From contig CAJVPI010000107.1 of assembly GCA_910592345.1 (NCBI GenBank), forward strand, positions 1-53,516: a stretch of 53,516 bases of DNA. The letters are read 5' to 3'. A model generated the notes under the pieces. It did no database searches. It saw only the letters and a program-made list of their open reading frames with translations, and had not been told where the DNA came from. Within the stretch, counting starts at the first letter, position 1; every line of letters starts with the position of its first letter. The position numbers and the translations under genes were made by a program. Source of the DNA: Paraglomus brasilianum (Eukaryota). This document shows, piece by piece, positions 22,364-34,638 of the stretch.

Positions 22364-24058
22364 TTAATTCATTTTTGTAACTGAAAATACTTCCCAGTTC
22401 AGCCATTTAAAATTAAAACGTGTATTTGTGGTATCTGTGGTAGGCCTTATTGCAATCGGGTATGATAATTTTCTAGAATGAGGTTCAATAGACTTTCCAT
22501 TAGGAAATAAACCACCAAAATGTAAATCAATATCACCCCCAAAACAAGGATAGATATATTGATGTTCACAAACAGCATGCTGACTATCAACAACAAAATT
22601 CACTATGCTTTCATCCAAACTATCTTTATTTAATGAGAATATAAAACTTTCTGAAGTTTGAACCCAATTAAAATCAGTAATTGTCTTATGATTAGGAAAT
22701 GAAGAGAGAGTGCACCAAGCAATTGGGTTGTATCCACCAAGTATTTCTTCTGTATTCAACACTTTCCCAACAGCTACTGTGGGCCCTTTCTCAGCACACA
22801 TTTGTCGAAAACTTTTATATGTATTACCATCCCTACTGTGCCTATAAAGCAGGGTGAGTTTATAGAAACAACTGCTCTTCCCAGATGCTCTTTGACTTTT
22901 TGTGTTCAACTTCATTGATTCCATTATCTTTTGTGTAATCCATGATGCCTGTTGTTCATTAATGATGACTGAGTCAATATCAACATTAATATTAGGAGTT
23001 TTGTCCTCTTCATTAGTCTTGTTCTTATCATCAATTGCTTGACTTTTCCTTGGAGGTAAAACTATTGATTTTGGTTTGTAATTTTTATTCATATGATAAA
23101 AAACTATATCACGCCGCAACTCTTTTGTTAATAACTCATCATATGGATAAATTTTCTCCTGAAAATCTTCAGATGAAATATCAAAAAACCTTATATGCTG
23201 AATATAATCAGATATAATTGCTCTGACTTTAGTAAAATCTTCAGATGACCAGCTGTCCGGTTCATTTATGAGCCCTGGAACTTGATTTGTAGCCCATTCT
23301 ATTATTGATGTCCAAATATCAATTTCCTTCATATTAAGTTCATCATGTTTGAGAAGAGTAATCAAAGTCTCTTTTGGTAGATTCGCCAAATTATCGGGCT
23401 TGAACATAATTTCTGGAGATGATACCATAATGTTGTTGCAGTAATTCAACAATTTGTTTAATAGACTTGAGGATAAGGCACATTTATGGATTGCAAAAAT
23501 GTTGTGTTGTATCCATTCCTTCTGGTGACTAACCAAATAGTCTCCAACTGTGATAACAAAGTTATCTAATTCGAATCTGCAAGCGACATCTAAAAGACTG
23601 ATCCAGTTGATGACCTCCCTTGAATCATATGTCACTTTTCCTGTGTAAATGAATCTACAAGTGCAGTAAATTATGGTAAAATTGATTGAGTACGCAACCA
23701 TTGCAAAATGATTGTAATATTAGCATTTTAAGTTAATAAACATTTACCTAAGTAAAGTTTCAAAGACTTCGGATGTTACATCCTCAAAAGTCATAACTGT
23801 CCGTTGAAACTCTGTATTTTCAACCATCATCTTCTCAAAATATGTGCTTCTCGTGCACAATACCACTGCATGAGCAAGAAAGATTTTATTGTTTGGCTCT
23901 CTTCCAACATTGATCGAAACATCTGTATATTTGTTGCTTTCATAAAGCTTTTCATAATCCGATGAAAGATCTGAAGACAAGTCAACTATATCAATGAAGT
24001 TAGTCATCTTCGGAATGATAACTTGGCTCTCCGTTGATCGATCGATTATGTGTGTCAT
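22364..24058 (-). CDS. BTB/POZ-BACK-TLDc domain protein, 2 exons
   Basis: Exons at 24058-23748 and 23654-22364 (the intron splits LLR|FIYTG); alternative ATG at 24007. BTB: TDVSINVG..FLAHAVVLCTRSTYF. BACK: EIDIWTSIIEWA..HIRFFDI. TLDc: LLYRHSRDG..GPTV..ILGGYNP..SFIFS..PCFG..EVF. Confidence 0.9.
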
Positions 24059-25319
24059 GTATGTGTAACATGTCGTGTAACTTGATAATCGATAGAATTG
24101 GCCTCACTTTAGCCACCTCGTCCGCGACCCAAACTGGTGAAGATAGTCCTGTATTTTGCCACATTATGAAAAGCAATAGGCAATTTTTTTCGACTTTCAA
24201 GTAAAGCATTAATAGGACCTGGTACAATAAAGAGAATTTTCTAGACTGGCTAAAAATGGGTCCGGGTATTTCGATAACAGTTTCCGCCCGTTTAAAGATA
24301 TTTTGCTGTCGTGCCTGTAAATGCCTGAGAGCATTAACAGTTGGCTTTGTTGCAGTACATAACAGTCGATCTCACATAATTAATCATCCGGGTAACCTAT
24401 AATTATTATACAATAATCGCTTCAGAATGACAGAACTCAAAGAGAAAAAAAATCTACTTTTGAAAAACGCTTCAACTTAAATCCAGTATCCTTTTTTAAA
24501 TGATAGACTGGCAATTAAACAAGCATAGATTTACGGATATTTTGTTTGGTGAAGTTTCTTTATTTGTCAGCATTATTTACAATACATGGTGTTTACTTTA
24601 TGTAGCAATTCATGTTACTATTATCGATGGAGTCGACGTTGTCAATGTTTCAAAGATGGATAAAAACTTGACCCAAGAGGATGTAGAACCTGGTTAGTTA
24701 ACATATCTATATAGTTTTGACAACAACTGATATAATTTCCTGAATTATTAAGAAGGGCCGTATTACTTCGATTCGTTAATTGGAAGTTGAAAGAGTAGAA
24801 TGGTTTTATGCGCACGTAGTATTTTGAACGTATTATTAACACAAGAATGGCACAAGTCAACACAGCACCACAGCACCACAGCACTACAACACTACAAAAA
24901 CCTTTAACAATGGAAGTTTTACGCTCCTTATATAATTACATTCTATTCTACTAGCTACAAAATTCGTACGATTATGATTAGTTTCCTTCTAATTTAGTTA
25001 AGCATTCGGGTGCACATATTTTTCATGCGGAATTGATGCGTTATCAAGTAACTAACAATTGATTTTACTAACATATTTACGCGCTGAATATAGAATAGGA
25101 AGGCAATTTCCTGGTACGTGGTTATACGATGTTCATTTTAGAATGTGCTGTGCATTTATACAAATCTTGCGATAATTTTATTTTTATTTTTTTCGACGCA
25201 TCGTATACACATCTTAGCAAAATACAAAAAACATCAAGCTAAAAAGGCACACAACATAAATTTTCTTTGATATCGGTCTGAAGCCAAACTAATTTTTATT
25301 CAAAAACAGAAAACAATTA

Positions 25320-27029
25320 CAGTGAACTCTCCCTAAGTGCACGTCGTCGGGACCTGCATTTATGGAGAGCGTGCATTTAGAGAACACCAATCATTTTATT
25401 TCACGTGACCTCGTTGCATAATATAATATTTACTATGCCGCCATTAACAAATTGTAATAAGCGTTATCGAAATGAATATCCAAGCTGAGAGAAAGATGTC
25501 TATTCAAATTATTCAATAAAAGAAAGTTTATTGGAAATTGTCATATATATTATTATTGTAGAAAGCTCGTAATATTTATTTGCTTGCGAGAAGCATTCTC
25601 AAGTCGGTTTACAACCTTACTTAATTGTACTAATCCACGATTTGTGTTATAACCTGACAACATCATCAATATCTTGCTGCACAAGATATAGTGCAAGCGT
25701 TTCTAGGCAGTTAAGTGACTCCTTATGGATAACCTTCGTCTTCCTACACTATCATCCTCTTCTACATTTTCCACATATACGTCTTCTACTACATCTCCAC
25801 ATCTTCAACTTCATAGAATTATCATTTGATTCACATTAAAATTAGTGACGTTAGTACATTTGGCACTCCACTTGAAGTGAATTCGTAATTAATAAATCCA
25901 CGTATTAATACAAAAGAGTCTTTCTTTTTTTTATTAGATATGTAAAAATGTGAAAAAGCTTTATATGGTTCATTGAAATTCTAATACCGTAAGGGCCTAT
26001 GGTGCAAGGCACTTATAGTCATCAAAAATGTAGATCAGTCCGAAATTTTCAAATGTCGATATTCACGTGATATTATCAATTTCTTAAATTTTATTGGCTA
26101 ACATATACATATGAAATTCGGTGATATTTATCGGCGATAATGATTCTTTAAGCCATTAGCGAAACATTATTAGGTAATCATTTGCCCCACATTCCATCGC
26201 TAACATTTAATTTGTTAAATTCATTTACTTCAGTATCGTAATCAGCTATAACCGGAGCGATGTGATGTTTCTTTTTGGATGTATAGCGTCCTTTCGTATC
26301 TCTAGATTGGTCGTTGGCTTTTCTTTTTCCTTTGAAATGAAGAGGTATTTTTTTTTACTAATTGATTTTTTACGCGATGTGATACTAATCTATAATAATG
26401 GAATTTGCTATTCTAAGTCACGTAATTTTTAAAGATTTTTATTGGTCAAATTCCGAATGATGGGCGTCCGAAATTCGAAGATTAATAATAAAAGCGTCCG
26501 ACTTTAATCCCTAATAACTTTTCATAATATAATGTAATTAAAAAAAACTAAACCATAAATCTGAAAGAAAATTGTTAGATCTATCGTTTTTACGGTTTAC
26601 ATTTTTAATATTGTTTAAATTGGTGGACTAGATATGTTTTAAAGTTGTATGAATTTGTTTGATGACTATAGGTGCCTTGCACCATATCATAAATAAGAGC
26701 CTGTAACGTTATAATACAATACCTTCTTTACCCCCATAACTCAGCCAAAATACGTGATGACCCGAATATAGGCAGTTCAACCCTTAATACGATTATGTAA
26801 CAGCAAAGGTATCGTGGACTTTGTTACGTGGCTTTTTGTAGATCATACTACGTCCATGATCACATGATATTGCATTTAGAGAAACACTCATATAGAGATG
26901 GGACCGAAAGAAAGCTTGCAATTGCAGAATATAGAATGTGCACTTATCTCTTAAGTCCTATCATGGGACTGAGCACTTCCTGTGCATTTAGAGAGAAATT
27001 GCATTAGAGAATTTAGGAAGAGTTCACTG
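25320..27029. mobile_element. Tigger/pogo deletion derivative (1.7 kb) with TA target duplication and nested insertion
   Basis: TA|CAGTGAACTCTCCCTAAGT...ATTTAGGAAGAGTTCACTG|TA. Subterminal TGCATTTAGAGA repeats. Minus-strand remnant EEDDS..HKESLNCLETLALYLVQQ around 25670-25780. Confidence 0.85.
25998..26686. mobile_element. Nested non-autonomous element with 29-bp TIR (TATGG...CCATA termini)
   Basis: TATGGTGCAAGGCACTTATAGTCATCAAA (25998-26026) versus TTTGATGACTATAGGTGCCTTGCACCATA (26658-26686), one mismatch. Confidence 0.85.
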
Positions 27030-28244
27030 TATTACTTAAAAATCATAGATTTCAGGAGAAAAAAATACTTAGTTTTTATCTTCATAGTAGTAGACAATGC
27101 AGAATAGGCATCGTACTAAGTTCAGGCTTATTGTAAGATTGGTAATTCGAAGAAGCCATGACATAACTCTTCACATACTTGTTCCTTTCCGATAAATTCC
27201 CCAATAAGTTTTAAATAAACCCTGGATTTCTTGCCGAATCCATGACTAGGCTTATTTAATCAGCGTTGAGCAAATTGACCGACTTGAAGATTTAGAGACA
27301 CGAGTTGGAGGAATTGTCTTCAGACGAGTCTACGACTCTTAAGATGTTTACCTAATTTCCGTAAAATTTTCACACGCTAGTACAACCTGCTTTCTTAACA
27401 TTAACGCTATATTATAACAATACGCACTTTCTTTACGACAAGTCTAATTATAATAATAATGCATATGCTAAGTCGATTTTCAGGGACGTTATTATTATGC
27501 AGGGGCGATCATGTTTATGTTTATTTACGGTTTGATTTTTCACTTCATCAGGTAATTAGATATTTCAGAACAAGAGTTAGAAGCTCATTTCTGTTGAGAC
27601 ATGAACGTTTTAGCTCAGGACAAAGGTCGTTTTTATAACCAATTTCAATTTCAACAAGAATATGTAAATACGTTTTGGGCTTGAATTTCGTTAGATACTA
27701 CCCTATCCCGCAGAAATCACTTGCAGTTATAATAGTTAAATTCAAGTAGTAAAGGGGTTGAATGAGTCACGTGACAGCCATTTCTATATATCAAGGAGGT
27801 AATAAAGATAGAACTCTGAGTTTGTAGGATGTAATATATGCGTATGTTTAACTTAAAAAAAAAGCCTTGATGTGTATGTTTTAACAAGGATAGATGGTAC
27901 AAATCTCAGTATACTTATACTACAATGATTACGCGATATAGAAATATGTATAGATGTATAGATTTGGACAGTTGCATAGCTGAGCATACACTGATTCGAT
28001 TGTATAAATTGCACCCCAAAGCGAACAATGAGGGTCAGTTGATAATCGAACAAGATGTCCATAAATTGATGTTTCCTTTTATTTGTAATACAAATGACGA
28101 CGGCAATCCTTGCATAACTGAAAATAGCGCTTTTTCACACTCTATAAATAGAGTGCTACCCGCAATCCGTAGTTTGACTACGAATTAATCAATTATATTG
28201 AATTTTGTATAATAAATATTAACTAACCAAAGCCTATACTTACG

Positions 28245-29675
28245 ATGAAGCTCTTGAAAAATTTATTGCAGTAAGTAATAATGAAAAAAACGAGATTATC
28301 TCTTACTTGAACAATTTGTATTGATTGATTATGTTTTGAACTTACGACAGATACGAGACGTTCAAAATGGTGAAAGTCAAAGAGTAAGTTGTAGTGCACT
28401 GCTTTAGTCGATATATGTCTTCATTCGTGGTCATTCTAACTTATACCCTTACTGCACATAGCAAAAGACTTGGTCTCCTATATCGTGTATTTCAAATGAC
28501 AATCTTTGCATACATTTTATATACAATAATTGCTAATCAGGGTTATTTGCGAAAGGTATAATACCAATAATACCTTGATGCCATTTGTTCCGATTTTCTC
28601 GACTTTTAATTTTATCGAAATTTTCTACATTACCATAGGAAGCACCAGTCGAGGGAGCAGTTAGAATATCACTTCAAGCTCCATCAACGCTAACGGCTCC
28701 AGCATATTGCAATAAACTTCTTCCGTGTGTCTATTGGGGGGCGAACGAGAGTAAGTAGAGATCTTGTTTCAAGAGTAACTGTGAATGACTAATGAGCGAC
28801 TTTACGATAATTCACCTTTTTCACAATCCGATATCCACAACCCAGTCCAATATCCACCAGATGGTGCAGGAGTGGCCTTTGTAACAACCCGCGCAATAGT
28901 TCGGCGTTATGTGCCTCCGACAGGGTGCAACTTCCTAACACCATCCACACCGACCGATCCTTGTATCTTCAATGAGAATATGTCACCAACTCAAACGATT
29001 ACCAATGAATCATACATAGGTGATATCGAAGACTACACTCTAATGATCGAGCATTCCATCCGTGGTCGAGCAACATCCATTGCACTTCGTAACGGTATAA
29101 TGGACGGGAAACTCATGTTTTCCGATGGGAAGACAGTATTCAAGGAATGGACTAGTGCAACAAGAATGAAAGATAATCCCAATGCAGATGGAGATATCAT
29201 AAAAGTAAGCGAACTCTTACAGGCTGCTGGAGCTGATTTGGAGGCGCCGTCGACTGCTCCCGGCGCCAAAAGTGGGGAACAGTATAGATCATCGGGAATC
29301 GTTATTGTCATTGTGATTGAATACCGAAACGTCAAACTCAAGAAGGACAAGTTTTCATACAAATATCTTCCTCGGGTGATAGACGGAAACGAGTATAAGG
29401 CTGTTGAGAGTTTGTATCAAGCAGATGGATCGTACATACTAAAAGAAAGACACGGTATTCGGTTCGTATTCGAACAGCACGGGGAGATCGGAGAATTCAG
29501 TTTGATTTCGTTGCTTGAGAATCTTGTTGCAGCGCTTGCTTTGTTTAAGGTGGCTACTGTCCTAGTGGAGATTCTCATGCTGGAATTTTTACCCGAGAAA
29601 GACATATACGAAGAGGCTAAGTTTGAAGTAACAAATGATCTTGACGAATTGAGAAAAAGGAGTAGTAATCATTAA
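28245..29675 (+). CDS. P2X: P2X receptor homologue, copy 2; 5 exons, 364 aa
   Basis: Exons at 28245-28270, 28351-28383, 28462-28555, 28639-28750 and 28846-29675 total 1095 nt in frame. Intron positions and phases are identical to copy 1. Motifs: QYETFK, TM1, FVTTR, YIGDIEDYTLMIEH, RHGIRF, TM2, YEEAKF. TATAAATAG lies about 100 bp upstream, as in copy 1. Confidence 0.92.
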
Positions 29676-31181
29676 TATTGGTAAATTTGGTCCAAGTAGA
29701 GAGTATCTGTATAAATAAAATTTTGATTGTAATAAAAAAACTACTTGCATGCAAGCAGTGTTTGTTCCACAAAGAGACAATGAACAGTGATTGCGGGAGA
29801 GGCCTTTTTGAGAAATAACTTTTGCATATACAGGGTATTAGTTAGAAATAGTAAAGTGCTTATTACACAACCTATGAATAAGCGGATAAGCAGATAAAGT
29901 TCTGTTGTTTCTGGTATTTGTATTTTGATGCTGCCGCTTGAAGATAATAGCTTGTATTCCAAAAAAAAAAAAGATGGGTAAGATGGGTATTATTATGAAT
30001 TGTAAAGAGACGGATATTCATGGATTTGGAATTTCGGCTGAGATAAAAATATGGTGTTAGAATGAATGCAGCCGATAAGAAATGTTTTTGCATGTACTAT
30101 AAACAGGGTCATTATGCATGTTTTGCCGAAAGTCAACTCCGATGGATATATTTAGCTTTGTCTCATCTCACGACATACAACTAGCAAGCTTTCGTAGAGA
30201 TAAATGAATTTGTGATAATAAATAATAATATGAAAGTAGAATTAAACTCGGAAAGACATTGATGAATGAACAACCCGTTATGTCATCCAATAACGACGAC
30301 AGAATTATTATCAATTTATACACATGCTAAAGTATTTAGCGCTCATGCAAAAAGCTGGTCTATATCATCTGATGAAAAGCCATAATCATTAGCATTATCT
30401 TCCGTGATATTCAACTCATCGTATTCTCGTCGGATGAAATACAAAACATGAAACTACTTTTGATCTGTTTGAGATAAAGAAGTTTACTCAGAAGCCTTCT
30501 TGAATTTTTCCCTTTGGTATTGTATCTGGCTGAAGACATATAAAATCTATGTTTGAGATGGTATCTTTACATTAGCTATCAATTTATTGTAATACTTGCG
30601 CCATAAACTTTTGGCGCCATCCAGGTGTTTACTCGAACTTGGTATCGCTCTCGCTCGGATGCAATGGAGGCGGGTGATATCCTGTTCTCCAATCACAATA
30701 TTGTTTTCTTTTTCGTCTTCTAGTTGGCATAGCCATCTTGCTCAAAACCAATGTACGCTCGTTTGTGATGAATAGGAACGTCTTCTACGTACAACAGAGC
30801 GTCAAAAAGTGCTTGTTAGATAAGTTCCAAATTACTTCACTGCCAACAAAATATTTTCACAATGTGTAGAGTAGAAGGTATGCGTTCTGCGAATTCGTAT
30901 TTGCATTTGTTTCTCAAATAAGTGTATGACGTTTCTTGATTGTCAACTGATGTAGAGTATTATCCTATGTATTAGTATTTCATTTAGTCTTGTCGACATT
31001 GACACCTAATAACTCCTACTTCGGTAGTTTCGTGTGTCCTTTATTAAGCACAGCTAAGGTGGACCCTAAGGTGGACATCTAGAGCTGCTTTGTCCTACTA
31101 CTTATTAAAATTGGAACGACACCTAATAACACTGACTCGACGCTAAAAAGTTTTCCACTATACTAATACATAACAGAATAG

Positions 31182-31590
31182 TATGAAAAAGCAGCTGAAC
31201 AAGGACATGCCCAATGTTTAATTTATGTACACCTTTAGCGTTCAATCGTAGGTGTAGACAATAAAAGAACGCAAAACTCCAACGTTTAATTTATTCTTGC
31301 TTTATGGTATGTCAATGGAATTGGAATAGAAAAAGATAAACAAAAGCAGATAAGTCATATCAGAGTGCAATAAAACAACACATTTATCAGTGCAAGTTGA
31401 AAATAGTAAGATGGCTGGATTACGTGTAAATCTCGAAATTAATTATGCAATTAACTTCTATCAATGGAGAGAGCTAAAGAAGGAAATCCTTATGCACAAT
31501 ATATAGTAAAGCACATAGCAAGGTGTATATGCTTTATGAAATGGGTTAGAAGTAAAGAAAAAAATAAGGGAGAAGATTGAGTTGTATAAT
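31182..31590 (+). pseudogene. Sel1-like repeat gene remnant
   Basis: Broken-frame peptides YEKAAEQGHA, LALWYVNGIGIEKDKQK and NGLEVKK match the Sel1 repeat consensus. Confidence 0.6.
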
Positions 31591-33008
31591 AATAAAGTTA
31601 AAGTGGTCATTGACAAATTTTGTAAGTATATTGATATAAAAACAAAAAAACATACCATACAAACTATTGCATCTGTATGTTTGTTACCAGCAGCACCAAA
31701 AATAATAAATTTTTTTGGATAGACAGTTCAGAATGCTTACTTTATTATAATTTATAAGAATATTATTGATGGTATTTGTTGAAATAAAACAACCTTTGCA
31801 AAAATATGTATTGATTGTTAAATATTTAAGTATTAGTTGCTAATAATTGTACATGATAGCCCACTTTAATTTTGTAATCTCAAGATTCTCTTGGAAATCT
31901 CAGCTCAGAGCTTCAAATTTAATTCTTACAACAAATTAAATGATTGAATAAAGCTAACATGTACATAAATAATGATGATAATAACAGAATAATTATTTTC
32001 TGTGGCAGATGGACAAATGGACCAATGGTCAAACTCTGCTCTGCTGTACATTTACCATTGTCAAGTGACGTAAATAGTGTTTCAACTTGTCGGCGAGAAT
32101 TTAGAAACATGAAAATAAGGAGATATGACTAGAAGCTGCAATTGGCCCATCCCTTAAACCGTCCAGCGGGCAAATTTGCTCGTGATTTGCCTAATCAATC
32201 CCCTTTTCTAAGCAAAAATGAAAGTGTAATATCGTGCTGATTACTCCTCTGGACTTCTTCAAATGATAAATCTAACTTCTACATCACAAAGAAAAATTAT
32301 AGTTGGTATGCCCCTTAAATATATACCGCGGAAAAGTATGTCTTTTGCAGTGCATCGTCTTCAAGTTCAACTTCGAAGTTGTTTCTTCTTGAAACTACAG
32401 GAAGAAGAATATGCTGATAATTGCGAGGAATATGTCATGAATTGGGTTTAAGCCAGTCTAGGTTTGTCCTTAACAAAATTAGGGGAATGTCACTTCTTGG
32501 ATATGCTGCTTTTCCTCATGACACTATAATAACATGTTCTTGTCCCCTTTAGGTTTCCCATCCAGGTTAGTTACTCCCTTTACAGAACATCGTACCAGAT
32601 CACTGTTTTTTTACGGTCACTTGGATTGCATCAACCGCGTTAATTTTAATATCTACTTAGCTATTGTCTTCAATGTCGGAAGGAGATTCAATAACTATTA
32701 TACATCGAAAAAAAAAAAATTATAAATTTCAAGTCTGACATTTACGTATGAGCGGTGAAAAGTTTATGTGGAAATTGTTTACAAGTTGTTTGGCAAATTT
32801 ACCCTAATTGGTAATTGCGACTTTATACATAGACGACTCACACAAAGAAATAAACCATTTATACACAATTTGTGGATATATTTTTCTAGTTCAACGGAAG
32901 ACAGCGTTAATTGCAAGATTTATTATGTTATTAAGAATCGCTAATATACAAATTACGGTTTATGTATATGTATATTCCCACAAATACCCGCTTATATACT
33001 CCCCCAAG

Positions 33009-34140
33009 TCATGATAAATCGGCTATAAAGCAATTAGTTGCTTTTATGAATGCGTCTGTGGGCATTGCCAACTTCCAGTCAACATGTCCACCACCCATAT
33101 AAAACACAGACGGTCTAATCTCGGTAATGCTTTTAGATAAAATTACTGGTATCGGCTGTCTCATACCTGAAGAATAACATGTTAATAGTTACGTAAATAA
33201 ATGCGCACGACGAATAATTGATTGAATCGTACCGATAGGTGAAACTCCATTATTCTCAAATCCCGTTAATTCGTAAGATTTCTAAAAAATGGGGGGAAAC
33301 GGCATGAGTTCACGTCAATTGTTAAATTCAGTAATGTTGATTGAATACATGCCTCTGCACTGGCCACTCTAAAGTTGTAGTTCTTCTTACTGATTTCTTT
33401 ATTCTTCAACGACCTTACATAGTTCATAAGTTTCTGTGTGTTAACAGCACCCACATACTAAATAACGATGATCAGTGAATAAATATGTAATTCCATCAAA
33501 AATGCGAATGTATAAATTTATTCTTACTTGGACAATAACGCAATAATATTTTGAGTTCAATGGATCTGTCAAAAAAATACCAATAATGCTATTACTATGT
33601 TCAAAATTGTTTCAGAACAGAAACTATTACTTACCATCAATACTCTCATGTGGACACCGCGTATTCTCAAATATTATGCTCTTGCAAAGATGAGCTTTTG
33701 ATGGAGCACGGAGCCGGAACCTGTAAAAGGTTGAATGGCTGAGCCCACTGCACGTACTGATGTAATGCTTTTTTTTACACGCATTAATCTAATCATCCTA
33801 CTTACGCACGTTGTTGCAGTTCCCATTCGTAATAATCACTTTCAACGTGATATAATCTTGAAACATCTTGTATTTTCAACAAGTCACATGCCTTAGCAAC
33901 CTAAACAAAATTTGTTCCGTGAGGCCTAGAATCCAGCAGCTATGCAGTGCAGATGACTCGGACATCGAATTCACCTACATTCTGGACACATTCTGGTGCA
34001 TCACTCAGGTCTTTAGGAAGTCCGGCCTTCTGTTTCCAGTAATTAAAGTAATGCGGTTGAAGATTATCAAGAGAGTAGAGTGAGGACAGTGAATCTATCA
34101 GAACTTCCAGTTGATTTTGAATTTCGAGATTAGCTGCCAT
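33009..34140 (-). CDS. YbaK/aminoacyl-tRNA synthetase-associated (editing) domain protein, 7 exons, 230 aa
   Basis: Exons at 34140-33979, 33900-33806, 33720-33635, 33565-33528, 33457-33353, 33281-33233 and 33166-33009 total 693 nt in frame. Motifs: DYYEWELQQR, HLCKSIIFEN, KYYCVIVQY, NFRVA..ELTGFENNGVSPIG, FYMGGGHVDWKL. Confidence 0.85.
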
Positions 34141-34638
34141 TATTAGCGGTCCTCTAGGATATAGTAATAGTGTTATTTGTTGGGATAACGTCTTATCGCT
34201 ATCGTTATCACTTTGTACAGCATAATTTTATCTCACGTGACTGGTCTGTCAAAGTTTATAGTAATAGTAATAGTCTATTACTATACTAATACTTTACTAT
34301 CATGTGACAAATCTTTTAATCACGACACTATCAAGTCTCAATTGCACAATCTTGTGGTTTGACATGAATATATTAATCAATGCCGTTAATGCCGTGCCGC
34401 AATTGGACTGTAAGCGAAATCATCGTGCGTTCTAACTATTAATACAACTGCTTGTCGCAGTTAATGTCAGTATGGGTTTATTTATCTATTAAAGTTATGA
34501 ATTAATATTCGCTGCTCTATATCCCGCAAACAACTGATCCAATTATATTCGCTCTGCAGTAACGGAAAATGGCCAGTCATTCTTCCTCGACGTTCATCTC
34601 CTTCCCACTTGTTGGTATTCACAATCCTTCTGCCATCC

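Noticed and set aside
30250..32725. Scattered coding-like patches outside the Sel1 remnant
   Set aside because: No frame or motif I could support by eye.
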